A stretch of 63,677 nucleotides of DNA, the filler included, from Choristocarpus tenellus KU-1152 (Eukaryota > Protista > Phaeophyceae), in assembly GCA_964200185.2 (NCBI GenBank). It is 12 parts of 12 records of this genome, joined end to end, with 100 filler letters (N's around TTAATTAATTAA, not from the genome) between each part and the next. Parts side by side here need not be neighbours in the genome. Positions count along the whole stretch, not along the records: positions 26,046 to 30,546 come from CAXNAD020014269.1; positions 30,647 to 36,031 come from CAXNAD020010961.1; positions 36,132 to 39,450 come from CAXNAD020020833.1; positions 39,551 to 52,491 come from CAXNAD020001646.1; 8 more parts are not named here. One strand, given 5' to 3'. Position numbers and translations under genes: made by a program. Each line of letters opens with the position of its first letter. Position 1 is the stretch's first letter. Below the pieces are notes generated by a model. That model was not told the origin of the DNA and ran no database searches. It saw nothing but the letters and a program-made list of their open reading frames with translations. Below, piece by piece: positions 26,373 to 39,581 of this stretch.

Positions 26373-27853
26373 CAAGATAGGGTCCCGATTCTGGTCATTC
26401 CCGTAGGTCTCCAGCAGAGATGTAAATCCATCTGGAGCATCTTCCACAGTGGGAATATCGTAACTGGGTTGGGGGGGAAGAACCAAAGCTATGGTTGAGT
26501 TTGAGCCTCTCCGTTTGTGTTCTGTTAGAGTATTGTGCATCAAGCATTGCTCCTGTAGTTTGTTATAGCGTTTATTTTGACAATTTTGGAAGGGGGCTAG
26601 GGTTAGGGTTAAGGAACATGTGTTGCAGTGCTAACACCCTGCTATTGCAATAGCTCAAAATGTCATATATACCATTTCATTGGCACAAGCGTTGTTGTGA
26701 CACTTGTCCCTTATCTCCTCACTATTACTGCTACAATAATCAATCTTAGCATGATATATATAAGCCAAGGACAACGATCGTTCAAACCAAGCATAACATA
26801 CCCTTGAAAAAAACATAATTCACACAGACGACACAAATACTAGCACCATTAGCATTAGCAATATTTATAATATTATGGGCAGTGACACATGTTCAAGTAG
26901 CACAACCTTGTAGATAGATATTTTTCCTTCCCAATAATCATGGAGATAATTGTGCAACTCTTGGGATTACACAAATATATGCTACAAAGCATAGGTTGCA
27001 TCAAATTCTGTGTGGGACGGGTGTTCGTGGTGGTGGTGGCAGTGCAATTTCAGTCAGTGGATTCCTGACATGAGAAGTCAGTTCTTGCACAGCAACCAAG
27101 GCGCAAAAGACTACAATGAGCATTTGCTCCAGGCTTTGCTGTTGTCTCTGTGTCTGCACCGCTGAGTTGGCACCTACCTACTCTTCTACAATTTCTACAA
27201 TCAACTGCAGATAAAACCACTTGGCACAACCATGGAAGGCATTACTTGCAATATAGAGTGGTACAAAAACAATTACAATTATCTATGGCAGCTACAATTG
27301 CATCACACTTCACACAAGCCCACCAAAAACGTCACCCACAAACTATGTCCTGAGAGCAGTGCAACATCCTCTTCCACAATATAGTAAGGTTGCAGACTAA
27401 ATAAGAACACCACAAGGGTTAGGGTTCATTCACACCAACAAGTGACAAATACAAGGAGCCCTGGTATCATGGTCAAGACAAGCATTTTACTCACGCTATG
27501 AGCTTCCTGTTAACTTCCGAGGTAGATGTGGCCAGCGAGGGCACAGGTGCTGCTACTGCTGCAACCAGACTGAAGAGAGCCACCCCCATCCCCTTGATTG
27601 CATCACCACGGGAACAGGCGTTTTCTGACATGCACAATATTCTGGGAAAGGAGTGAGGGACTTTGTGAGGGCATGGGTGGGGAGGTGGAGTGGTATCCCA
27701 AGTACGGCCCAAAACCCAGGCAGCAGCAGTTGTTGCCTCAACGTTCTGGGGCACCAAGGAATCACCATTGACTACAAATCCACAAAATGCCTCGGAAGGA
27801 GCAATGGTGACGATGTTTAACTCGGGTCCATCTTTTCGGCAACAACAGAGGCC
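26373..27853 (-). CDS. Probable plastid/thylakoid-lumen protein, PsbP-like (5' exons, partial)
   Basis: Exon ending at 27495 (SRGDAIKGMGVALFSLVAAVAAPVPSLA-TSTSEVNRKLIA) splices in phase to 26463-26373 (YDIPTVEDAPDGFTSLLETYGNDQNRDPIL). The hydrophobic segment ending in SLA resembles a lumenal signal peptide. Confidence 0.5.
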
Positions 27854-29421
27854 TGATCAGGACTAGAATAACTAAAACGTATCACAACTTTGTCCATGGT
27901 GTACACGTCCCCAACGTTACCTTTGTTGCAGATACTGAACAATAAATATACTTCAATACGGAGTACGAAAATATATGTTGCAGGGAGATACGTTCAATGA
28001 AAGCTTGATTTATCTGTACCGAGACGATATTACCCGACTGAAGGCATAGTAGCAAGGCACGATGAAATCATCGAATAACTAGCACTATCTTTTACTGGAA
28101 ACAGGGCTATTCATAACTGACATATCGACTCCAGGAAATTGCCGAAAAACAAAGCGATTGCCACAACCGGTAACAGATCAAAAGCGCTCACGACCAATTA
28201 GGAACGAAGTCGAATGCAACACAGCAGATACTCAGCATCTGCGCGAGATAGAGAGCATCCTTTTAGGGGATCCACCGTTTAGAGGGGCACTACCAGCACT
28301 TTTCGCGATACTCACCGACTGTTGACCTGTGAAAGCAGTGAACATGCGAAACATGTGTCAGTTGAGTCATAGACACAAGACACTAGAACATACTACTTGC
28401 ATATTAAGATTCTCTCTCCAAAACAAATGAGAACTCATACCAACTACTCAAAGCACGCAATGCAAGTATATGACCGCCTTCAACATGTACACTGTGAGGT
28501 GTTCAGCATTGAACCACAAGGGAGGTGTAAGCGGTCATGCAACATCAGAGCGAGCAACCCACACCAACCCCTCGCACCTGCTGGCCAGTGTTAGTCGCGA
28601 TAGGGAAGGCGGGTGTGATGAACGCCTGACAACCTTGAGCCACGAAGGCACAACACGTGAAAAACGACGTCTTCATGATGGTTGAATGGGGGAATTGACA
28701 ATTGTTGGAGTGGTGGTACTTTTTTAGAGTTTGATTTCATGTGGAATACGACATCGTATGTTTTACTTTCGTATTCTTCATTAGATATCGATTGACGTGC
28801 TGTATTGGGAAGAGAGTGATTTGTACCCCTACATTAATTATTTTAATGATCACTACCACTTTCTTTTTGTAATAAATACAGTTATCTCTCAGTCTTCAAG
28901 GAAAGTGGCCAATAGTCTGTTACTGTGTTCTTTGTGTTCAATTAATTGTTGCTACTCTTCGTCGTTTCCCCATGACAGCATCATCTGGAAGGATGAACAC
29001 AAATCATACTATAAACCTCCGACCTCACCACCAATATTCATCTCATCAAAACACGAGTCCCACACAACAATAGGTAGAGGTAAGTATATATGTGCATTGG
29101 TTAATTTCTACGATATAACTAAGTATGTATGTATCACTACTGCTATTATTACTACTACCGTATAAATCACGACCAGCAATACAAAACCACATTGCCAACC
29201 AATCTACCTCAACCCTTCACTATCCACTCCATGCATCCACATTGCTTTCAGAAGGGAGGGTTAACCCGTCTATCTACTGCCTATTTTCTATTCAAGTGTA
29301 CTATCCAAAGATTGAAGCAGTTGTTAGTCTTTGATTTTCCTATCTATACATTCCTAGCAACTCTATTTTCCTGTCACAGACGGCGCAAAATAGGGTAGCA
29401 AGCAAAACATACACGGTGTGA

Positions 29422-29703
29422 GAGTCAAACCAATTGAGAGGGCGGGCAGGGTTGCATTTGAAAGACATTTGAAGGATATTTCAAGGATTCTGAGAAAAGA
29501 CAAAAATACACCGTTTTATACAATTTCAGAAAGAGTCTTTGCTTAATTGTGGTGTCGCTCTGTGATTGTTGAAAGGGGGAACATCAATTTAGTGTACACT
29601 ACTGTACACATGAAGCAATGAAAAAGTGTATTGCCTAGGGTAGGAAAGATGACTTACGGTGCAATAGGGTCCAATTTTGCCTAGCTCTATTGGTTTGTGA
29701 CTC
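29422..29703 (+). mobile_element. MITE family A copy
   Basis: Ends gagtcaaaccaattgagaggg ... ctctattggtttgtgactc; internal similarity to the other copies. Confidence 0.7.
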
Positions 29704-30646
29704 ATGGAGGTGTATGAGGCATAATAGCATAATACTTGAGAGTATAGTAATAATACTACGAACTTGGCAACACCCCAGACTTTACAACTAACTGTTTCAT
29801 TTTACCTATTTAGTGAGTCAAGGGACACACGATGAGAGAATTCCTGAGCAAAGTGGTGAAAGCGACCAATAGGAACCCTATTGCCAACAACAATATACTA
29901 ATAGGCAACCCATATCAATATATTTTTCATCCCATAAAATACCATCCTACCTTGTACAACATATTACACTTGCCTTAATCCATAACATAACAATTTGCAT
30001 TTTCTTGGCAGAGGACAGGCTGTCAGTTGTTCGTATCATGATGAGCAAGTAAGTTAGTTCTCTCTTCTTCTAGCTATTATGTGGAGCATAGACCTCTAAC
30101 TCCTGCTGTTTCTTCACCGCAGCATGCATAATGCTGAATAATGCTGAATTACCTGCCATGCATGAAGCAAGACTGAAGAACCCTACCTCACCAATGTTTT
30201 TTTAGCTTCGATCGTAATTGGAAATTCAAAAGTACAATAGAACAGTAACACTACCAAGTGAAACCAAAAATAATAATAATAATAAGTGATCAGAAATAGT
30301 CCTTGTACTACTATTGTAGAGCTTTTCTACAGTATCATCTAATGAACATCATAGTGAAACTGCATTAAATACGCACCCAGCTTCTGATATAGTAAATGTT
30401 GCAATGATTATCATTATTGAAAGCATCCTTTTCTTTCTATTCATCATAGCACCCATAAATGTAGCATATATGGTATTATTATTGAAGCCTTGACTATCAA
30501 CAGGGAACAGTGGATTTTCAAAATTGAGGATGGAGCGGGACTATGANNNNNNNNNNNNNNNNNNNNNNNNNNNNNNNNNNNNNNNNNNNNTTAATTAATT
30601 AANNNNNNNNNNNNNNNNNNNNNNNNNNNNNNNNNNNNNNNNNNNN

Positions 30647-30823
30647 CAATGTGTAGTCACAGTGGCCTTGTACATAGTGCTTCGCCCGCCCCCAGACCAT
30701 CTCTATCGGGTTCAATTTACAATGGTACTTTGGAAGCATCATGCAGTGTCCCCCAAGACGCTCAACCAGAACCTTAATACTCGGCTCTACCACCTTGAAA
30801 TCCGACCGCCGTGACTGATTCAC
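30647..30823 (-). mobile_element. Tc1/mariner/IS630-superfamily (DDE_3) transposase C-terminal fragment
   Basis: GHCMMLPKYHCKLNPIEMVWGRAKHYVQGHCDYTL matches the LPxxHCELNPIExxW motif around the final catalytic Glu. No intact upstream ORF. Confidence 0.75.
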
Positions 30824-31374
30824 GGAACTGACGGAAGAGCTCCCTTCTTAACTTCATTACACTACCTCATGGACGACCAGACCAATCGCCGTGGTTCGTC
30901 GCTGCATTAAGCTCGTCATCCGAATCGTCAGCGCCTAGACTGACTGACCGTGGAGAGCTACGAGATGTGATGTGTGCTGGCTGTCCTCTGCGTCTGGCTG
31001 CGACCCTTGACCTCCCGCTCCCTTGTGTTTCCCCAAGAGATCCGACCACCCCTGAGAGAGAGAGAGCTGAAGAATTCCTGCTCACCATCCAGGTCACGAC
31101 CACGCCTATGCTTCGTTAGTTTGAGCGTCCAGCTGCAGCACTCCACCTCCTCCACCTTCTCGCCTTGTGGACGAGCGGAAATCCTAAGGCGATATCCCTT
31201 GCCCCTGGCCTCCTGGCAGCACTGGACGAACTCAAATCCATCAGGGAGTGGCCACACCACAACGTCAACATCGTCAGGTGACAACTCGAAGGTCATTGGG
31301 CGTCATAGTGTTCTGTGAGGGACTTAAGACAGTATTAAGCCGAGACCTGCCGCCCACGTACCGTTTCGGCGGTT

Positions 31375-31687
31375 ACCAATCTTTATTTTTTTGAAAAGGT
31401 TACTCAACGAGTTAATCGATGATCAGCATATCGAATGAATGATCTTGATCTAACCTATCGATTTCCCCCCAAAATGATATATATATATATATATGAGGCC
31501 GTGACCATTTATTCCGACATATTTTCAAGGTTGTGCCGAAAAAAATCGGATAAATTGAACACTACCAAAATAATTTTGCCCACGATTTACTTTGCGGAAA
31601 TCGATAGCTTAGATCAAGAGCTTTTATTGGATATGCTGATTGTTGATTAACTTGTTGGGCAATCTTTTCAAAAAAATCAAGATCGGT
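31375..31687. mobile_element. MITE/foldback element with ~100-bp imperfect terminal inverted repeats
   Basis: 31375-31475 (accaatctttatttttttgaaaaggttactcaacgagttaatc...gatcttgatctaacctatcgatttcc) is close to the reverse complement of 31590-31687. Confidence 0.8.
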
Positions 31688-32119
31688 CTGATCCTAGAGG
31701 TGACTGCTAACACTGTAACTCCTCAGAACAGTCAGTTCCACAAAGAAAATGAATAGAGTCAATGCTCCTGTACCCCCCTGACGAGCAGAGAGCGATCCTT
31801 TGCTCCCAATATGAAATTGCCTTGATCGTTGCTCACCGAATTCTGGTGTGTCAAATTCTCCCTCGCAAATCCTGTTGTCTGATTTTTTTATAATCCTTTC
31901 TTTTTGTGTTACTGTGCTGATGATTTCCCTGTGACTGAACCATTTTTTTCGTTAACTCCACGGGTATTTGTGGTATTCCTCTGAATTAAACTTTGATCAT
32001 CCGTGTCCAGAAGAGAGAGTACTCATTTGGTAGTTAGTTGGCTTGGGGGGGTTGGATTGGAAGAGGTAGGATGGGTTGGAGTGGTATGGGATATGTCAGG
32101 ATGGTGGGTGGGGTGTAGG

Positions 32120-32830
32120 TAGGTGGTGCATCTGAGACCAGCTTCAAGGCAGCAGTTGGAGTAGTCCTCCAAAGGAAGAGGCGCTGTCCCAGGGAAATGA
32201 CAACAAAATCAACACCCTGAACATAACTATTTACTAGAGCATGGAACCTTGACCTGTTTAGTGGCGTTTTGTTTTTCACAAGTGGATATGTTGGTGTGAT
32301 GCCAATTTGGGTGCCCCATTCAGCAGTTTGAGACAGTTTCAAAGTAGCACTGGAGGGATGGTACCAAGGTGCTTGAAATGGACCATTGGTTTAGCATAAT
32401 TGAACACAAACTCAGCCTGTTACTATGTTCTTGTGTGAACTGGTCATGGGCACTGGTAGTGCTATCCTTCTTTTCTGACAAACTCCAGTGCTCTTGTTTT
32501 TCGAAGTTTGCAGTCATCTTAGCCAGCTTGCCACAGAACTGTATTAGCTACAGTAGCAGCTACAGAGCACCAGCGTCATGTCCAGTGTAGGTAATGAATT
32601 CATGGTATTCAGATAGTCCAACAATTTCTTTGGTGGATACTGCATAAACCTCAAAAGGCAATTGAAACGAAATAACCAAAAACCACTCATCGTTTCTGTG
32701 AAATGTTGTAGAGACATCTTGTTGAACAGGGAGAAAAATATCGTTTATTCGAAAGGGTAAATGCTTTTCCCCAAGGGTGACAGTGCTGGAGTCTGTCATG
32801 ATAGTTTTAGTACGTGGAGAGAGTACAACC
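32120..32830 (-). mobile_element. Possible degenerate Copia pol relic (GAG-pre-integrase / integrase N-terminus)
   Basis: Fragments in the expected order: STVTLGEKHLP, *MGHPN (RLGH-like), TPTAALKLVSD (PLELVHSD-like). Interrupted by stops and frameshifts. Confidence 0.25.
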
Positions 32831-33790
32831 ACATTCAGAGCAAAATTGCCAGGGCAGGTGGGTCCCCACCTCCCACCGTATGCCTGTGCTGTGCATGGCA
32901 GAGCACCGCGTGGGTAAAATTATGTATGTACATCCCAGCACAAAGTGCGGTGCCAACCTCTTCCACCACCACCCCTTTAGTGTTGTACACTATACTGTAA
33001 CAATAGATTATGCTAACAGAGCCCAAAGAGTTGTATATCCGGATACCTCAAACTGATGAGGTTGAATGGACTTGGTCCATCACTTCAGATGGGCCCCTTT
33101 TCGGGATGTCATACTACGATACATTTTAGCTTCTCCACTTGAAGTTGTTTGGGAATGAGGGAAGGGGGGGTGGAGGCCTGCAGAGGTAAATCTGTTTACC
33201 CCAGAGGGAGAGGTTCTAAAAGAGCCGCCATGTGCTATTGTATGCTCAGGTTAGGATTAAAAACTCATCTTGCGTGTAATTCTTCTAGGTACAACGGAGA
33301 ATCGAATGGTCTTTTTGTTACACACGGTTAACTGCTTTTACCAGAAAAACATCCAAACAGATGCAAAACATATGGCCGTTTTTTCTGAGCAATATGTACA
33401 ACTACTTGAAGTCTACCCAGGACTGTTTTAGTACTCCAGATCATATGTAAATATCTGCAGTCTGCAGGGGTGACTGCATCCTCTCATCCCACCCTCACAG
33501 AGAGGTCTCCAAACCAACCTACAATGAGTTCGCGCATGGACTAATCATGCACCAAAGGCTCTACAGTAGTTAGCTATCATATCAAACATCGTACTCTCAT
33601 CTTCCACCACGGCCAATGTTGTGATGCCCCAGGCTGCCAATTGGTTGTCACTCGTTCTACTGCTTGATCACTACCCTTCTAACTGTGAGAGGTATCTTCC
33701 ATTCACATCTCCACAAACATTTTGAGAAGGTCCTTTCCTTGCTGGATCAAGCAATTGGTAGTGTGACATCATCAGTAGAGATTCTTCCAC

Positions 33791-34948
33791 CTACTGTGGT
33801 GGCCGTCCTTCTCCTGATTGCTCCCCCTCCGCACTGCCTGGAAAGACTTTTTCCCCTTCCACAAGGGAGATATACCCTGCACCACCCGTTTTCGAAATGG
33901 CTATAACACCCACTGACATGTTTGCTTCCCTTTCCCCCCCTGAACCCACTTCAATCGATGCCCAAGGCTCTACGTTCTGTGGATTTTCCTTTGAGAAATC
34001 ATTTATCCCTCTATACCGGTCTTGCTGTTTACCTTGCTCATATCCCTCTTTACAACCTTCTTCCACATCCATGACATCGACAGAGCTGGGAGAAGAGGAT
34101 GGAGCTACTCGACTCTTGTGCGTTTGTTGCATTTTCTTGTTCTGGGCTGTGCAAAGTCTTTCCTTTTTCTCTTGCCTGCATGCCTTGACCCAGTTATCCC
34201 TCCACTTCATATCCTCAGCAAAGGCTCTCTCAAATTCCTCATAGTTTCTCTTCACCTCCTCACGATAGACTCTCAGTAACGTTTTTGCTTTTGCTCTTGT
34301 TGCCGCCTTAATCAGCTTCTCATCTGAGCAAGGGGTTACAACTCGCCCCTGGAGCTGGCCAAGTCCTATGCTGCAGATTCCAGTACAGCAAGTTAGAACT
34401 GCAATACTTATTGCCGCAGCAAGAGCAACTGGAAGAAAAGCTAAGCCTACACCGGTAATGATAAACACTGCTCCAGTCAAGCTCCAAAGTGCCTTCTTCT
34501 TATCTGCAGCAACTCTTCTCTCTGGCAATGCCATGAGCTGGTCGTGCAACCTCTCCATTTCCTCGCCCATCACCTCCTCTTCCGCCACCCTGCGGGCCTT
34601 GGCCTTGAGGAAGTGTTGGAATATGGCCAGCTCCCTGTCAAGTTCAGCATGTGAGGTGTCCCATGCTTTGGCATTCACTCCTGCATGTGCTGCCTTAAGT
34701 TGACGAAGTCTATCCCGTTCCTCCCTGACCTGAGTTTGTGCAATTGCATCCATAGCGTGGAATGTAGGCAGGGAGGTAAACAGGTAGGGTTGGTCGCAGG
34801 AGCTGAGGGTTGCAAAATTACTGTCGTCTGAGTGCCATACAGTTTCGTAGAAAGTGGATTTTTGTAAATCTTTATTACAGTGCCAGAGACATTGCAATGA
34901 TGATGTTCCGCTACCACAGGTGGAGTTGACTTGGCAAAAACAGTAATA
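33791..34948 (-). CDS. Hypothetical membrane protein: coiled coil, two TM helices, coiled coil; large terminal exon
   Basis: The 368-aa ORF extends upstream to acceptor tcttttcag| at 34948. Charged helical segments flank LWSLTGAVFIITGVGLAFLPVALAAAISIAVLTCCTGICSIGL. Possible upstream exon at ~35461-35222. Confidence 0.65.
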   Translation of the reverse strand, partial: YYCFCQVNSTCGSGTSSLQCLWHCNKDLQKSTFYETVWHSDDSNFATLSSCDQPYLFTSLPTFHAMDAIAQTQVREERDRLRQLKAAHAGVNAKAWDTSHAELDRELAIFQHFLKAKARRVAEEEVMGEEMERLHDQLMALPERRVAADKKKALWSLTGAVFIITGVGLAFLPVALAAAISIAVLTCCTGICSIGLGQLQGRVVTPCSDEKLIKAATRAKAKTLLRVYREEVKRNYEEFERAFAEDMKWRDNWVKACRQEKKERLCTAQNKKMQQTHKSRVAPSSSPSSVDVMDVEEGCKEGYEQGKQQDRYRGINDFSKENPQNVEPWASIEVGSGGEREANMSVGVIAISKTGGAGYISLVEGEKVFPGSAEGEQSGEGRPPQ

Positions 34949-36533
34949 CTGAAAAGAGGATGGTGGGCGTGTCTGGTGAACGGGAAGGAGATCTAGAAGG
35001 ACACGGAAAGGTATCTTCAGAGACAGGCAGGGTTCATGCGATCACCATGTACATTTTATATTGTGGTGACATTTATCCCTCCACACTCTGCATTAGATCA
35101 ATGCCTCTCCCCTCCAATTCGTTACCTAGACAAACAAGCGGCTCATGAGTGTGTACTTCTCTATGCTTCGATCTCAACGAAGCAGGGGAAGTCAAATGAA
35201 CCTGATACTGCGCTATTGTACCTCATCCTCATGACGACGCTCAGTCTCGACAGTCGCCTTCTTCAGCAACTTGCTGTAGGCATCAACAATGGTCTTGTTT
35301 GTAAGTCCTGGGATCTTGCGCTTGCAGAAACGTACAAGGAGTTTCAACTGACCACTGTTGAGTTCTTGTATCCTGTTGGCCACAAATTCATCATGTGGGA
35401 TCAAAAGAATACTGATATGGGGGCTATGTGCATCGTCGAAATAACGATTCGCACCACGGTCCTTTCATGCCACCACATCGATTGGGAAGGGCTTAATTCT
35501 GCAAGCAATATCAAAGAGGTAAGTCTAGAACGAAAATTTACCGACCTGTTGCGGTTAGAACTTTGCACCTTAGTTCGGCCCGATATGGTATAGGTTATGG
35601 CCGACACAACTACTTTTTATGAGTCCAAGGGTCTACGACATGCACGCGCCTGTGTGCATAGTGGTCTGTGGAAGATGCTCCTTCGATCACCTCTCGTCAA
35701 GCTTCTCGATCATGCCTGTGGCATACATGTCCTCCGCCAAAAGACTCTGAATGAAGCCGGAGATCGAAGGCATGGCTCTGGGAGGGCAGACACTGTTGAC
35801 AAGGGAGGTGAAACGTCCAACCAGTAAAAGTCGAAAGAGGATAATAGGTCTTTTTTGGTACGGATTGCTTCGAATGTTCCAACTTGGTGGTGGGGTTATA
35901 TAAAGAAAAAAAACCATTTATGTATGTATAGAAATAAAATATATGTATTATGATGCACCATTATATATAGTACCAAAATAGGAGGGGTTTGTTGGATTCT
36001 TGGGATGCCTCCCTAGCTCCCCCCCCCGGGGNNNNNNNNNNNNNNNNNNNNNNNNNNNNNNNNNNNNNNNNNNNNTTAATTAATTAANNNNNNNNNNNNN
36101 NNNNNNNNNNNNNNNNNNNNNNNNNNNNNNNCGACATGAAAAAATTGACCCTAAGTGGACAGCCGCCACCCCCTCTCAGATACTTTGAGCCAAATGCCAT
36201 AAAGAAAAACATGGGAAGCCAAACCTCAAATGGACAAACAGTTCAAAAGTAGTACCCTCTAAGATACTATCACTCACCTTGTTCCTATTTCTGTGCCCTA
36301 AACTATGGGAGGTAGATATAATACGCCCTTGTTCCGAAATACGTTCACTCTAACCCTAAACCTAACCCTAACCTTAGGTAGCATCTGGACATACACAGAC
36401 AGATGTGGGTAGAAAGAAGTACACTAACATGAATTCAAAATATGAAAACACCCCCCTTTCTCTCCAACCACTCACACCCCTTACGTTCTCTGCATCCTTT
36501 CCCCTGCAAACCCCCTTGTGAATCCCAGCTCAC

Positions 36534-37473
36534 CTTAAACACAGGATCCACATTCCAGGGTTGCTCATCCTCACCATTGTAGAGATCAATATCAGGGTCC
36601 ATGACGCACTTCTCTAGCAGGCTTATGGCCAGGGTTCGGACACTGCAAATGCTGGTAAATGTCATACGATCCTCCAGGTTGACCTTTTCGGAGAGCGTAG
36701 CAAGGGGCAAAAGGCGAAACTTGTGGGGAAGTGCTCGAGCTATTTGTTTTATACATCCGAGTCATTAAAAAAAAATAGAATCGAAAGTGACAATGTTTGA
36801 GAAGAGTCTGTATCTTTTGTATCTATCAGATTACATGGTTCCATGATGACAGCATGGGGGACAAGGAGGTGTGGGGACCGCATTGTTGCGTTTCAAAGTG
36901 TATTTTTTAAAAACCCCTCACCACCCATACCAAATTGTCCTTGCTTTGCTGTGGAAGTAGGGGCTAGGAGTAAATGTACCTACAAGCAACGAAGAGAATT
37001 TTGAAAAGGCGTTGTTCCAAGAGAGGGTATAGACTAGATCAGTGTAGAAATGTATGGGGAATGCAAACAATAGGGACACAAAAGCTGCTATTGTAGTCCT
37101 CCCCATGTTGTTGATGCCCAATTCCCTTAGATGGGAGCAGGGTATCATCAGACCTTGGTCCACAACAACTCACTGAACATTTCTTGACCCTCCCTCTCCT
37201 CAATCATCACAACTCGAAACCTCCAACCACTTCAAGTAATCCCCCCCAAGCATATCCCTCAGACCTGAGGAATGTCATAACCCCTCAGCTTCAGGATTGT
37301 ATACTTATCCGCTCTGACGAGGTCACCCACAGTGTGCACCCCTGCAGCCATCAACATGGACATTTCCTCATCGGTGAAGAGCGGTCGTCGCTCCACATTC
37401 ACTGCTGGCAGCTCTACTGGAGCAAAAACAGGCAACAGCACTACACGCAGGAGCCCCACTTCACTACCTTCAT
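36534..37473 (-). CDS. Hypothetical protein, internal exons with an HhH/alpha-CTD-like helical motif
   Basis: Exon 37473-37265 (LMAAGVHTVGDLVRADKYTILKLRGYDIPQ|gt) and exon ~36719-36534 (FRLLPLATLSEKVNLEDRMTF...VDPVFK|gtgagc). Confidence 0.5.
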
Positions 37474-38983
37474 CTAGGTAGTACATCTGGGGAGAGGGTC
37501 CCTGTACAAATCCCGAGGTGCCAGAGAGACCTGAGCGGTATGGCTGCAGGTTGGAGTAATCCTTTGCCCACAGAGTGTGGGTATTAAGATCCCAACTCCT
37601 GGGGTCACATTTTTTCGGTGGGAAAGGTGATCAGAATTAATGACATCTTGATCGAGAGGGTAAGGAGTGTGTATAAAAGTCAACGTCCGAACAGATGGGA
37701 TGGTCAAGATGCTGTATTTGTGCCAACAGAGTGAATTTTCCCAAAGTATTCTGCTCTCTTGAGCTACAACCCTGGTGCTACTCAATCATCAAAACCGGAG
37801 AGCTGCTCGAAAGGAAGGGTGGGTCTATGAGAGTATCTCGCCCTTGCCCTTGTAGAATGTGCTTGCATGTTTTAAAACAAACAATTGCGCCTTTTCCCCA
37901 GTTTTGACAATCAAAATTGAATCTGTCTTTTTTGGGGGCAGGGTTTGGGTATTGTATTGCTGATTTAAGTACTTTCTTTAAGATTGTAATGTAAGTTAAC
38001 CACAGACTTGTTGCTATTTTGGGGCCTTACATATCTGATCCTGAAAAAAGTGGTAGTCAATTGATCTGAAGGAAGAAGGTGCCAGAAAATTGGCGAGCAA
38101 GGGCCATGAGTTGTGCATGGTGTAAGGGGAGAACTCAAAGAGTCAGTGCAGGTGCGGAGTGCAAAGGTTGTGGCGTGTGTGTCAGGAATGAGAGACTGGA
38201 GAGGGGGAATTAATACCTTCCTATGGTGTTCGAATTGTTTGCCAACTGAACCACATTTTCCTAGCAATGCAGTTTGTCTGAGATGGCGACATCTATATGT
38301 TTCTCCGTAACATTTTATTAATACTACTACATGTGTAGTGATGTAATCATCCCCCACCAAGGGTGTGCCTAATGTTGGCAATGGTTATTATTATTTTGTC
38401 TGATTATGATGGATGAACATTGATGCTGATCCACTGGGCAACCGGCATATCTGACAACTCCATGTATCAGTGCAAGAAATATGTTTATCAATGCCATCTT
38501 CATAATCTGACTTTCCCTCTCCTTATTCCTGGATCTGAGATAATTCTGTATGTGGGCAAGAGAGAGCAGAGGAAAGCCTTTGGAAGGTATTTTCCTCGAG
38601 ATACATCAATGGTACATTTGAATAACAATGTGATTGCCAGTTGCATTTTTCTTTTTGAGTCCTTCATCTCAACCAGTTTGAATCCCCCTGCTTGTCATGT
38701 CAATTCAACTTAAGGATCAAATCACACCCATTTTACACTGCAGGACTCTTGAGGCTGGGAAGGCAAGGGATGTAGCATCTGTACTTAAGGGTGACGAGTA
38801 GGTCTGTCAGGGAAAGAGGGGATCATGATTACCAGTCACAGGGGGAGTCGACAAACTTCTTTCCCCAGACAAAACCAGCATCAATAAAAAATTGTGTGTA
38901 ACATATCTGCTCCAAGTGCAAATTTAAACTCTGGAGAAATGTAGAAAGAGACAAGGAAAAAAAAGTCATACGAGGACTACTGA

Positions 38984-39243
38984 GAGTGAAAGTATTTAAG
39001 AGGGAACGGCCTTGTCCATTCGGGGTCATAAATCCAATGTTGCGATTTTGATGAATTTTGGCTATCATGTTTGTTAGCAAGTGTCAATATCCTTGTTCTG
39101 GACACACCTTTCACAGTTGTATATATTTTAGGTAGCCGTGTTCATGCAGACAAATGAAAAAAGGGGCACAAAAACCTGTGGGAAGCCAAGCCCTGAACGG
39201 ACAAACGGGGCAAAACTCGATCCATCTTAAATACTTTGAGCTC
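38984..39243 (+). mobile_element. MITE family B copy
   Basis: Ends gagtgaaagtatttaagaggg ... tcttaaatactttgagctc; core shared with 16275-16579. Confidence 0.7.
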
Positions 39244-39581
39244 AAAGTATCTAAAGGGGCAGTGGCGGCTTTCCAATCGGGGCCCATTTTTCATGTTGCT
39301 ATTTTTTTGTGATTTGGTTGCATGCGTTGGATGGATAATGTAAGTGCACTTCTCCTGGTCAGGGCCCAAAAGGATACCTTGGTGCAGCCTTGCCGCCGCT
39401 TTTCGGAAACGTTTTGAAAATTGGTACAAAAAGCCACGTATTACCAGTGGNNNNNNNNNNNNNNNNNNNNNNNNNNNNNNNNNNNNNNNNNNNNTTAATT
39501 AATTAANNNNNNNNNNNNNNNNNNNNNNNNNNNNNNNNNNNNNNNNNNNNCCGTGCCCGTTCCGCGGTCATAGGGTCCTAC

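Noticed and set aside
35036-35593. 185-aa plus-strand ORF
   Set aside because: No recognisable family, and the opposite strand gives a more protein-like exon with splice sites. Unresolved, so not called.
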